From NCBI GenBank assembly GCA_002269645.1, contig NIVC01000471.1:239215-303214 (forward strand): DNA of 64,000 nt, in the 5' to 3' direction. Positions 16,478 to 28,974 of the stretch are shown here, piece by piece. The notes beneath the pieces are model-generated. The model made no database searches, was not told the origin of the DNA, and worked only from the letters and a program-made list of their open reading frames with translations. Each line of letters opens with the position of its first letter. Within the stretch, counting starts at the first letter, position 1. Position numbers and translations under genes: made by a program. This DNA comes from Macrostomum lignano. Taxonomy: Eukaryota.

Positions 16478-17209
16478 AATTGCAGCAATATGACAACACA
16501 ATTGCAGCAATATGACAACACGATTTCAGCAATATGACAACACGATTGCAATAATATGACGACACAATTGCAGCAACATGACAACACGATTGCAACAGTA
16601 TGACAACACAATTGCAGCAATATGACAATACAATTGCAACAATTCTGCGACTGACATTTTAGGTACTATTTAGATTGGATAAAATATTATGGATGATATT
16701 ATGTAGAGATCGAGACTACATTATTCTTTATGAATGGTTGAAGAGATGTATACATGTTGCTTTGTAGAATTATCAGTCTTTGTTTTAATAATTTGAGCGT
16801 CACCAGTTCTAAGCATCGCTGACCATTTTGGATTATGCCTGATTTTAAAGGGTTTTACCTAACGTACTACTATATATTGGATAGTAGTATAAAGTGAATG
16901 TACTCACCGAGGTTATTAACAGACCGAAGCTTAGATAATATACTGATTATATTTGTTTAAGGAGGCGATTTTCTAAATCCGATAGTACATTGGATTAGCA
17001 GATCTATAGGCTTGATAGATCTATATATCGATAAATCCAATTGATAATTTCTCAAAGGAGCTAAGATAAAATCCGGGTGCACTAGTTGATAACTCCACCA
17101 ATTCTGGTGGATAAATTGAGTGAAAATTATTGAGTAACTAAAAAACAAATCTGATTAGAGTTTGAGAGAGTATTGAAGTTAGCATGGTTAAAATGGTCAG
17201 ACTGGTGCT

Positions 17210-19601
17210 TCACCAGAAGTGACACTTGTCATTATCAGTCAGGTACATGGGGTCTCCCGGCTGGCATTTGAACACCCTGGCGAAGTCCTTCGACTGCATC
17301 ACCTGACCGTTCACTCTGGGATGCGGAGGCGAGTGACGCTTATCTTTGAATACAGAGATCAGGGTGTTCTTTTCCGCCTTTGTGCAGAGCAGCTGAGCAT
17401 TGTGGATGAAGAACAGCTGATCCGGTGTCAGCCCCGCCAGCTTCTCTCCTGGAATCAGCCGGGGCCGCCTCCCAGACTTTGCCGAACTGCTTCTGTAAGC
17501 TCGGAAGGCAGAATTGATGCCAACAATATCGGCAAAATTTTCGTTAAACTTCCGCACTCCTGCATTCATTGAATTGTCCCAAATGTCGGATTTTGCAAAC
17601 TCAGGATCGATGATCTGGTTGTAGAAATCTGCCAGACATTGAGATTGCTTGTCATACCGCAGCGCTGTGAGATTGTCAAATACACCTATCTGTTCCTCTC
17701 CAACGCTAATTTTTTTATTGCCTAATTTGTCAAAGGCGTGCCCGACCTCGTGGCCGACTGTGCCGCCGATGCCTCCGTACAGCAGGCAGTCGGGGTAGCC
17801 CTTCATGTAGACTTTGGTGAGCAGCAGGCCCAGGTAGATGAAGAGCGAATTCAGGTGTAGCGAGTAATGAGCGTTGACAGTAAAAATTCTTGAAAAAATG
17901 TCACTTGGCATCAAGTCCTGTTTGTCAGCTGTCAAAATCCAAAGTCGATTCTGAAGCTGAGTGCTTTTAAACTGCAAAACAACATCGCCAAATGTTCTGC
18001 TTTGGTTAACTTGAGCAGCAACTTTTGAGTAGCCTTCGGTGAACTCGGAAATGTTGAACTGGGGGTAGCCGACGGTGCTCCGAATGGCGTCGAGCTTCTT
18101 CTTAATTGCTGCCTTACTCGGCTGCTCAATCCACGCCTCGCTGTCCACATTCTCCCACATGGCCTCCTTGATGTCGCCGACTACCGCTTTCACTGAGTTG
18201 AAGTCATCTGTGACGAAGGCGCTGCTGAACATCTGCAAAGCCACTGGCGGCATGGAGCCCAACATCATGTCCATGCACAGTCTTGAGCTGTTCCGGCTTT
18301 CTTTCTCATGAATGAGATACTTTTGTTGCCCGAAAAGGTTTTTAAAGAATTTAAACGATTCGTCTGGAAGAAAATTGACTGCCGACAATGCAGAGTCCAT
18401 GCGAATAAAGTCGTAGTACGGTCCCTGTCTGTGCTCCAGCTCCGTTGTGAGCTGCTCGAGTACAAAAAATAATAGCGGGTACCTAATAATCTTGACTCTC
18501 ATTGAGGGAGGTAACTTATTGGCTGAATACTTATTCACAGCGCTGTAAAACTCCGTCCAGTTAAAGTTGAGATTATCTGCCTCAACCTGAGTAAAATTCT
18601 GCAGCTGTTCCAGAGAGTAAGGACCAACTTTCAAATACGATTCGCCTTTGTTTAACATTTGCTGAACTGCAGGCTTCATCTGATTTATACTAACAGTCAA
18701 ATTCAGGTCTATGAGATCACTGAAATCTTCTAATGCAGAAATTCCGTCATTGAAAACATGATTCCAGGATTTCAGGGTAGATAGGTAGTATGGTGACGAG
18801 TGCAATCTCAGACTCCGCTCCGCCGAGCCTGGCGACAATCTGAACAGATCCGATGTACCGGTTATTACCAGTCTCGCTAGGAAGTCTTCGATGCCTGAGT
18901 AGCCCTCTAGAAAGTCCAACAAAGGTCTCACTAATGATTTCATGTCGAAAGGTCGTTCTCCAGTCTGCCAGCTGTTCGGGAGAAATTCCTCTTTCTTAGA
19001 ATTCAGAACGCTGGAGCCGCGCCAATCCATGCAGGTCCCGTAGATGGATCGCAGAGTCTGGAACAGCTGCGCTTCGCTTGCGTCTCTGGGCTTGGACAAG
19101 TTCTTGAAGTACATCATCTCAAATAGATTTCCTTGAATGGAGTTGTCCTCCTGTAGTACTGAGCCCACGGTCTCGGCGGTGAAGGGGTGGGTTTTATGGA
19201 AACCGCCGCAGGCGAAGCTGTAGAAGTCTTGGCATGGGTCCGCAGATCGGTCGATGTGGCTCTGCAGCAGTGCGCTTGCACTTATGCAGGCCTCGCTGGT
19301 GCACAGGCTGGGATGCTTGGGAGTGGCTGCTCCAGGTGGTAACCGAGCTGTGCTGAGAGCGTAGAGCAGAACGAAAACTAGAAGCAGAATTGACAGAACC
19401 GCAATCAGCAAGAGCATCAGCAGGCGTCTTGCTCGATCAAGTCGAGTTGAAAACTCAACTCTGCCGCCATCGAGAATGCTCTGTTGAAAATTCAGCAATT
19501 TGAGGGTAGGGTTAATCCAGTTTGACTGTCTGACAGATGGAATTTCCCAATGAAAATGTTCTTACCATTGAAGTTGCCGCACTGCTACCAGCAGACATCA
19601 T
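17210..19601 (-). CDS. Neprilysin / endothelin-converting-enzyme-like M13 zinc metallopeptidase, ~768 aa, type II membrane protein
   Basis: Exons 19601-19566 (MMSAGSSAATSM|GTAAG) and 19480-17210 (TTTTCAACAG|), phase 0, 85-nt intron. N-terminal TM anchor, CTSEAC..DPCQDFYSFACG, VNAHY, HEVGH (HExxH), ENFAD, HSP and a C-terminal C..W are all M13 hallmarks. Confidence 0.95.
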
Positions 19602-20239
19602 TGCGAGATGAAGTTATTGTAGGCTATTTTTGTTAAACCAACTGCTCTCTTCTCTACAAACGTTGATAAGCTAATCCGAATTTATAGGCAACCCGTAACT
19701 CAAAACACTTTGTAGCAAAGACTTTATATGCTTTATAAATCTTGCTTTAGATTAAATTACAATTCTCTTTTGCGCAGAAAATGCAGAGGTGCAAAATTTC
19801 TTATTCTAACATGCATTAGTCGGCATTCAACCATTTTATAAGCTAGGTTGCATTTTTATACCGCTATAGGGACCAATTCAGCATTACTGAATGTATTGAA
19901 GATTTAAATTTAAGGTTTAAATTTGCTTTTTGCGCAGATGAGAAGTTTTAAGCTGCAAAGAGCAGCAGCTCAAAAGTTCCAGATTCTTTTGAAAGTCATT
20001 TATTAGTGATTTTTTTCTATCGAGACCCGAAATTGGAAAAATAATTTTGTGAAGGATGAAAATTCTTGTTACTGTAATTTTTACATAAATTCCCTAAAAA
20101 TTTACTGGATTTATTGCACCACATTCACATATGAGAGTTTCTGAAGATGTGAGAATCGATTCTTGTCAGTTTTGTATCAATACTACTTAAATATTACAAT
20201 GCACACTTCAACAACTAGAGCCACCTCCCCTGTCCCTGC

Positions 20240-21000
20240 CCTCTCTTTCTCTCTCCCCTCTCTCCCCTTCTCTCCCTCTCACTCCCCCTCTCTCCCTCTC
20301 ACTCCCCCTCTCTCCCTCTCACTCCCCCTCTCTCCCTCTCACTCCCCCTCTCTCCCTCTCACTCCCCCTCTCTCCCTCTCACTCCCTCTCACTCCCTCTC
20401 TCTCCCTCTCACTCCCTCTCTCCCTCTCTCTCCCCTCTCTCCCTCTCACTCCCCCTCTCTCCCTCTCACTCCCTCTCACTCCCTCTCAGTCCCCCTCTCT
20501 CCCTCTCACTCCCCCTCTCTCCCTCTCACTCCCTCTCACTCCCTCTCACTCCCCCTCTCTCCATCTCACTCCCCCTCTCTCCATCTCACTCCCCCTCTCT
20601 CCATCTCACTCCCCCTCTCTCTCCTCTCTCTCCCTCTCACTCCCTCTCACTCCCTCTCACTCCCCCTCTCTCCCTCTCACTCCCTCTCACTCCCTCTCTC
20701 TCCATCTCACTCCCCCTCTCTCCATCTCACTCCCCCTCTCTCCATCTCACTCCCCCTCTCTCCCTCTCACTCCCCCTCTCTCCCTCTCACTCCCTCTCAC
20801 TCCTCTCACTCCCTCTCTCCCTCTCGCTTCCCCTCTCTCCCTCTCACTCCCCCTCTCTCCCTCTCACTCCCTCTCTCCATCTCGCTTCCCCACTCTCCCT
20901 CTCACTCCCCCTCTCTCCCTCTCACTCCCTCTCTCCCTCTCACTCTCCCTCTCTCCCTCTCACTCCCTCTCACTCCCTCTCACTCCCCTCTCTCCCTCTC
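20240..21000. repeat. CT-rich low-complexity repeat (CTCACTCCCTCT variants)
   Basis: Direct reading. It makes up most of ORF 20163..21332. Confidence 0.95.
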
Positions 21001-21330
21001 ATGCGGAGCACTTCATATGTGAATGCCCCGCCCTTGCTCACCTACCTCGGCCCAAACCCGCACCTCTCCGACGTTTTCAGGCCCGAGAATCTCTGCCAGC
21101 TCGTCCGCTACCTAAGGGCTACCGGGAGAGCGACCATCCACCGGATCTCCCTGCTGGACACCGCAGCACCACCTGCCCGTGGTCGCTAGGGGTTAGCGAA
21201 ATGGGCGGCAACGCCTCCTCGCTGTCCCCTGCACGGAGTCCCCTGCAGTTGAGTCAAACAAGTCAACAAGCGCCACGGGTCAGTCCGCTTCCAGCGACGA
21301 GTGGCGACCTAGATCTTGGGATAGTTTACT
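21000..21330 (+). mobile_element. Degraded 3' fragment of a non-LTR retrotransposon
   Basis: [14 protein letters not shown] continues after a frameshift as [12 protein letters not shown]...[10 protein letters not shown], resembling the HxxxxCP zinc-knuckle tail of LINE ORF2 proteins. The clade was not assigned. Confidence 0.55.
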
Positions 21331-23286
21331 AGAGTGGAAGAATCCTGTTCAGCCTTCAGTCTCCTTCAGCTCAACCGATTTCAATTGAAGCTGAAACCCA
21401 ACCTGTCCAATGCCCCCGCCGTCAACGCAGCCCACGGCAACCTGCTCAGCAGACTCAACGTTCCACCTGTACCACTATCTTCATCCTCCAGTTCCGAGCC
21501 GCAAGCGCCTCCCCTCCTCGTTGCAGCGACAACCGTCTTCTCCCCAAGCCAGTCTTCTGAGCTCTACACTAAGGCATTAAAAAAGGGTTTTATTAGCAAA
21601 TTTTGAGGCCCCTCACCAACTCCGAATTCGTCATCACATGAAGCTAATTGTCACGCACAATGTGTGAACCTAACTCCATTCTCTAAGAGCGCGTACGAAA
21701 AATCACCCCATAAACTTGTACGGCCTAACAACCTTGTTATTCCGAAATTAGGCTTAAAAAGGACTCCTATAAGTTTCTAACCGCTTCAAATCCTCTAGAC
21801 GACCGCAAAAATCGCAAAATTGAATTTGTCTCAGATTCCCTTCCACTTAATCATCGTCATTCTTACTATGAGTAGAGATACGGTAGATATAGATTGTCGA
21901 ATTCATTTTTCACCCGGATTTGCACCGATTTTTGGTTGCGTACCGGAAAGCAGCATCGATCAGTTTTAAAAAATCAAGTCAAGTTAGAATAACTTTTGTA
22001 AGGAATAATCATAAATGATTTTGAATCCAATAGAACTGGCAAAAGGGTAAGATTCGCCGAAAGTTTCGAAAGGTCCTCTTAGGTATAAGAATTGTCAACT
22101 AGCTTTTAATTAATCTTCATTTTTGTTTAAATTTATTGGCACTCTGACCATTCTCGTGCCACTATAGAAGTTTACACCAAATTGAATCCTTAATGGGATA
22201 TCAGCAAAGGCTGTGCGTCACTCGTTTTTCACCTTTTAAAGTACGTCCTTGTCCTCGCACGAGTTTTGATGAGCATCTTTTGAATAACATATAGTAATCA
22301 CCCTTTCCTTTTATGGGTTTGTTCTATAATTTAGCAAAGTGTTTTTCATTACTTTTATTAAGCAAAATTGCACAGGATTACAGCGGGCCGTCCGTCGGTA
22401 ATCCGCTCGAATCTTCTTGGATTAAAAGAAAAAAATCCAGCCTATTAGGATTATTAATTTTTCTAGACACTTTACTCGCGCGCTTGGCTACAAAGGTGGG
22501 TAGCATTTCATAACATTTTTCCAAGCTCTTTGTCGTTTCGTGTTTAAATTCGATATTAAAATACCTAAAGAATAGCCAACGAACAATGCGAACAATAAAC
22601 TCAGATGGATAGATGAATACACCAGGCGAATACTTCAAATGAATGAGCAGGCCGATGCAACAGTCGGTAACATCATGAACCGCGGAGTGTACAGCGGTCC
22701 TGACTTTCTAATCGTCAGGCATGTACACTCTGTGTGCCTCGGGGGTTTGGACCTATGGGGCGTGAATCGTACTACAACCCAATTTTCCTGCACACAAGCC
22801 GCAAATGAATGTAAAATTAAATTTAAAAATACTCAAGCGGACAGTTACATCGGAAAAGCCGAGTTCACTACACGAATCAAACCAGAGTAATAAGATTGAA
22901 TGCACAAAACAGAAAAAGCGGACGAAGATACACGAACTTAATTATCTTGAACATATAATACACAAAAATATTACTTGATTACAAATAAATATGCAATGTC
23001 AAAAAATTGAAAATACAACAAATTGCAATCGGTTTTAGCTCGTACTATTATTAACATATTGATAAAACTTCGCTGTCGCATATCCGCTCAGTTACAGAAG
23101 AATCATATGCAGGGTCTGCACATGCAGTCTGCACATCAATTCAAGTTTGATGAGAGTTGTGTGCGTACGACCGAAGATCTATCGAACAAGAAGTTAAACA
23201 CAGGAAAAAATTGGATATTTCCTTACTAAACTGTGGCATAAACAGGTACTAAATTCAACAGACAAGAGGCTTAGGGAAGTCACGTT

Positions 23287-23530
23287 GGGGCCGTAGCCCA
23301 GTGGTCTGGCGCGGCGATCTGATGCGCCAGCGGCCCAGGCTGGATTCCAAGTGCAGTCACATTTCGGGGCTGAATTGGAATCTCGGCTTGGCTCTGCTCG
23401 TGTAATTAACGGCCTTGAGGGCCAACCCCCAAGGGTCAATGTCGCTTAAAGTGACCCTGACTTCAGGACACTTGCCTGCGACATGCAACTCATTAAGATC
23501 CTTGTTGGAATATCGTAAACAATGGATACA
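23287..23530 (+). mobile_element. tRNA-derived SINE-like element (degenerate head)
   Basis: Starts GGGGCCG, A-box TAGCCCAGTGG (23294-23304), B-box-like GGCTGGATTCC (23338-23348). The acceptor stem does not pair. The 3' boundary is approximate. Confidence 0.4.
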
Positions 23531-23604
23531 ACAGCCATATTATTGAAGTAAATTTTGGAAATATAGTTCCTCTCCGACACGTGGAACGATGGTCTTGACA
23601 ATGT

Positions 23605-25094
23605 TCACCGCAGCCGGCAGTTCAGACAGCAGCGCCGCAGCTGCGACTTGAAATGAGGAATCGATAGCGAATAGATGACGAAATTCGCTACAGAATCGGC
23701 CGTGGTCAGCACGTTGGCGACGCCCATGAACATGTTGATGCCCGGCCATTCTAGATCTTTAATCGCCCCAGCAACCAGCAGAGGCAGCTCACAGATGACA
23801 AAGGCCGAGCAGAGTACCAGGACCGTGCGGTTCACCGACCTGACGAAAAGCAGACAGCGGTTTCAAAATTCTTAACTACGTCAGATGAGTAACAGAATGA
23901 AAGTGAATTTTAGAGTGTTGGTTTCTCTGTCAAATGTCAAATGTCAGATGTCAGATGTCAGATGTCAGATGTCAGATGTCAGAGAGTGTACATCCATGAC
24001 GATTGGAAAGTCAGGGTCGCTGTACACCCTATGTGAGCGTGTGTACAGTGTGTATTCAGGAGTTAGCGAAAAGGACAGAAGTGTCGTCAACCAGCCAGAT
24101 TTTACACCTACTTCTGGCCCAACAACGGAGAATAGTAGTCGACAGGTAAACCGCCAGTTCTGAAAAGTCGTTTCAATCTTATAACCAAATTTTGCGCTTA
24201 CCCAGCCTGCGCCTCTCGCTGCCGTCTCAGTCTGACGAAGAACGGAGCCGGGACATTCCTTAACAGCTGGCGGTCCGCCCGCTTCAGCTGGTACAGGGTG
24301 AGGCAGCTGACTACGAGAAGACAGAACACTGGGAGCAGCGAGTGCAGCGCAAAGAAGCACCTGGGGTAGATCCAGTAGGCAGCGGATGTGGCAAATGGGG
24401 CGGCCTTGATCGCTACAATCTTCTGAGTAGCCGGGCACATGGTGTACCTCACCTCCAGCGCCCGGGGCAGAGTCACCAGCAGCGACAGCCCAGCCAGAAG
24501 GCCGGATGCCTGGTTCACCGACCGGCTCGGCGGCGGGGACGTCATGAGGGTGCGTCCGCTGACGGCGCGCCACCTTCGCCAGGCGATGTGCACGATGAGC
24601 CAGTTGCGGGTCAGCGAGCTGGCCTTGTACACCAGCCAGAGCGGGTAGAGCATCAGCTTAGACAGCCAGCCGGGACCCGACGGGAGCCGGTGGCCGGCAG
24701 GCGGCGCGGTCAGCAGGTAGTACAGCTCGAACAGCAGCGCCGACAGACTGAGGACCACCTCGCAACCGGTGAGGTGCAGCAGCATCTGGGACAGGGCGCT
24801 GCAGGTGCATAAGTTACCTGTAGTTTCGTTACTAATCGAGTGGTTTAAGCTGCTGTTGCTGTGCCGGACATTTCTCTGGCGGTAGTGCCGATACCAGAAC
24901 ACGTAGAAGGACGCAGCGGAGACGACCAAAGCCAGCAGTGCCAGCCCTGCTTTGAACAGGTACAGCACGTCCGTGGCAGTCTGTTCGGGATTGGATCCGA
25001 ACCAAAACACCATCCTTGATGGCAATTCAAGATTTGAGCAGTTCTCAGCGAACCACAAGTCGCTGTCAGCTTCTACTTCCGTTGGAGTAGTCAT
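23605..25094 (-). CDS. Class A (rhodopsin-family) 7TM GPCR, FMRFamide-receptor/srw-like orphan, ~375 aa
   Basis: Exons 25094-24202 (GG|GTAAGC) and 23839-23605 (TTTTCGTCAG|G) join in phase. Seven hydrophobic segments. TM3 end RNWLIVHIAWRRWRAV, TM5 LHSLLP, TM6 FVICELP, TM7 DSVANFVIYSL, C-terminal FKSQLRRCC. Confidence 0.85.
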
Positions 25095-25459
25095 GTTGCC
25101 TGTGTTAGGTGAAGATTGGTTTTGGTCTGTGCCGAAAACACTCCTTCTGACGGTGGTTTCATGTTTCTAGGATTTCTATGCTAGTTAAGTCATTTCCCCA
25201 AAAAGCTGATTGGGTAGCGATAAGACACCCAATCTCCTAGGAAGCTGCTTTTGAAAGCTTTTCAACATTTTTTCAAACCCCTTCGATGGTAAAATGTTTT
25301 GCTAATGTATCGAGAAAACATTGACCTTCATTAACTAGCCGGAAAAAATTCACAAAATTTACTTGATTGCACACTCGGAAGTAATTACTCGTACTAAGGA
25401 TTAAGACTAATGGGTTTCCTGCTGCATCTGTAACATGAAGACATTCCCATTTAACACAC

Positions 25460-26072
25460 AGGTGACACTCATGGCTAACACACATATGACACTGCTGTCT
25501 AACAGGTGACACTCCTGTCTAACAGGTAAGACTCCTGTCTAACAGGTGACACTCCTGTCTAACAGGTAAGACTCCTGTCTAACAGGTGACACTCCTGTCT
25601 AACAGGTGACACTCCTGTATAACAGGCGACACTCCTGTCTAACAGATGACACTCCTGTCTAACAGGTGACACTCCTGTCTAACAGGTGACACTCATGTCT
25701 AACACACAGGTGACACTCATGTCTAACACACATGTGATATTCATGTCTAACACACAGGTGACACTGCTGTCTAACAGGTGACACTCCTGTCTAACAGGTG
25801 ACACTCCTGTCTAACAGGTGACACTCCTGTCTAACAGGTGACACTCCTGTCTAACAGGTGACACTCCTGTCTAACAGGTGACACTCCTGTCTAACAGGTG
25901 ACACTCCTGTCTAACAGGTGACACTCCTGTCTAACAGGTGACACTCCTGTCTAACACACAGGTGACACTCATGTCTAACAGGTGACACTCCTGTCTAACA
26001 GGTGACACTCCTGTCTAACACACAGGTGACACTCATGTCTAACAGGTGACACTCCTGTCTAACAGGTGACAT
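25460..26072. repeat. 20-bp tandem minisatellite (GTCTAACAGGTGACACTCCT)
   Basis: Direct reading. Confidence 0.95.
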
Positions 26073-27169
26073 CCCTAGCAGGCACAGCAAAGCGAAGCAA
26101 AGACCTAATTTGAGCTCAGAGCATTTCACAATTTACTTATTTCTAATCTTGAACTCCCTCTAGCTGTGGGATTAAAGCTGAAACTGCACTAATTACTGCC
26201 AGCACTGTCATTGTCTTGACACAATTCGCTAATTGCAACATTTTCTTGTCCAATTTGAAAGTAAAGTCCATAAAAAGAAGGCATGCAAAGGCAGTTACAA
26301 CAGTGATCTACATTATTGGATAGATCGAATTCTATTCCCTAAATTTTCCCTAAGTAGCCAAAATTTCGATAATTCATCTGGAGAGTTCATGCTGGGAATT
26401 TTATAACCTCGATATCGCTAACTGATATTCCAGAAGTATTCTTGGGTGAGAAATTTTGGTCAGGGAAATAATTTTACATCTTTTATTTCTAATTACTAGC
26501 AGTGAGCGGATGGCTCGCTTAGGTATTAATAAGTCCCGTACAATGTCACTAATTTCGATAGTAATTAGGGTATACTATAGTAGACATGTCCTGTCAATGT
26601 TCATCAAGTCTAAAATTTCGACTCCTGTCGAATTTAAATCTTGTCGTGCGACGCCAGCAAAAAGTCACTGTACTGTGGAAGCGCCATAGTGAAGGCGCCA
26701 TCCAGGGGCGCCATACTGGAGGCGCCATCGTAAAATTGCCATTGTGGAGGCGCCATCAAAAAGCGCCATTGTGGAGGCGCCATAGTGAAGGTGCCATCCT
26801 GGGGCGCCATTGTGAAAGCTTTGGTTATATCCGGTTGCAAGTTCGCAGGAGTGAGGCAGAATTAAAGTGGGAGACTGTGAGAGGTTTGGGGCTATCAGGG
26901 TTCAAATGCGCAATGCATCAGAATGAAGTTATGGCTGCAGAACAAGCCGACCCCAACAGTGTGTGTGCCAGCTTCCATACGCCTATAGTTAAACAATATC
27001 TTCTGTTTATGGCCCAGCGTCAGAACTTCATCCCATGCGGAATCGAAGCTTCAGTTGCCTTTCTAAACTCTGTGCAGCTATCGGTGCACTGTTTTCCTAA
27101 CTGTTATTTAGCGTTGTTAGGGCTTTGGGATGCACTGCACTACTCTGCATTGAACAGATGCAGAGACAG

Positions 27170-28532
27170 GATCTTGTCAGTGTCACACAGGGTCAATTCT
27201 TAGTGTCACACTGGGATCTTGTCATGTCACACTGGGATCTTGTCATGTCACACTGGGATCTTGTTAGTGTCACACTGGGAACTTGTCATGTCACACTGGG
27301 ATCTTGTCATGTCACACTGGGATCTTGTTAGGGTCACACTGGGTCATTAGTGTCACACTGGGTCATTAGTGTCACACAGGGTCAATTCTTAGTGTCACAC
27401 TGGGAACTTGTCAGTGTCACACTGGGTCATTAGTGTCACACTGGGTCATTAGTGTCACACTGGGTCATTAGTGTCACACTGGGTCATTAGTGTCACACTG
27501 GGTCATTAGTGTCACACTGGGTCATTAGTGTCACACTGGGTCATTAGTGTCACACTGGGTCATTAGTGTCACACTGGGTCATTAGTGTCACACTGGGTCA
27601 TTAGTGTCACACTGGGTCATTAGTGTCACACTGGGTCATTAGTGTCACACTGGGTCATTAGTGTCACACTGGGTCATTAGTGTCACACTGGGTCATTAGT
27701 GTCACACTGGGTCATTAGTGTCACACTGGGTCATTAGTGTCACACTGGGTCATTAGTGTCACACTGGGTCATTAGTGTCACACTGGGTCATTAGTGTCAC
27801 ACTGGGTCATTAGTGTCACACTGGGTCATTAGTGTCACACTGGGTCATTAGTGTCACACTGGGTCATTAGTGTCACACTGGGTCATTAGTGTCACACTGG
27901 GTCATTAGTGTCACACTGGGTCATTAGTGTCACACTGGGTCATTAGTGTCACACTGGGTCATTAGTGTCACACTGGGTCATTAGTGTCACACTGGGTCAT
28001 TAGTGTCACACTGGGTCATTAGTGTCACACTGGGTCATTAGTGTCACACTGGGTCATTAGTGTCACACTGGGTCATTAGTGTCACACTGGGTCATTAGTG
28101 TCACACTGGGTCATTAGTGTCACACTGGGTCATTAGTGTCACACTGGGTCATTAGTGTCACACTGGGTCATTAGTGTCACACTGGGTCATTAGTGTCACA
28201 CTGGGATCTTGTCAGTGTCACACTGGGATCTTGTCACTGCCTCACTGGGATCTTATCAGTGTCACACTGGGATCTTGTCAGTGTCACACTGGGATCTTGT
28301 CAGTGTCACACTGGGATCTTGTCAGTGTCACACTGGGATCTTGTCAGTGTCACACTGGGATCTTGTCACTGCCTCACTGGGATCTTGTCAGTGCCTCACT
28401 GGGATCTTGTCAGTGTCACACTGGGATCTTGTCAGTGTCACACTGGGATCTTGTCAGTGTCACACTGGGATCTTGTCACTGCCTCACTGGGATCTTGTCA
28501 GTGCCTCACTGGGATCTTGTCAGTGTCACACT
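27170..28532. repeat. Compound minisatellite: 22-bp (GTGTCACACTGGGATCTTGTCA) flanks around a homogeneous 19-bp core (GTGTCACACTGGGTCATTA)
   Basis: The 19-mer array at about 27420-28200 is near perfect. 22-mers lie on both sides. Confidence 0.95.
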
Positions 28533-28974
28533 GGCTCACTGAACTGTATCTTGTCAATTCCCATCTACGTATCTGGTGAATATTTCAGGAGTTTCATTAT
28601 TGGGAAAATAATGATAGCCTAATGAAAAATAATTATCTTTTGATGAAACTTTCATTTAGATTATCTGGCGTGCGACATGCAGGTAAACAAGTCGAGACCT
28701 GACTTAAGGCTTGAATTATTCATTTTTTGACGCATTGATTGAACTCCTGCAGGTAAGGGTATTCGATGCTTGAGCAGAATCATAGATTCAAAGCTGAGTT
28801 CTCTTGGGACACTTGAAACAGCATAATTCATATTGATTCCGCCAGCTTGTAAGCTTGAGCTTCTTTGTCAGACTACTGATATAGCCTACTACTAGTAGTG
28901 CGCAAGGATTCACATTCAAGTTGTTTGTACTGTCCTGCCTGCATGCTTATCACTCATTCCGCATCACTCTTATC

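Noticed and set aside
19481-19498. TTG start given for the 762-aa peptidase ORF
   Set aside because: It lies in an 85-nt GT-AG intron. The ATG exon at 19601-19566 joins in frame.
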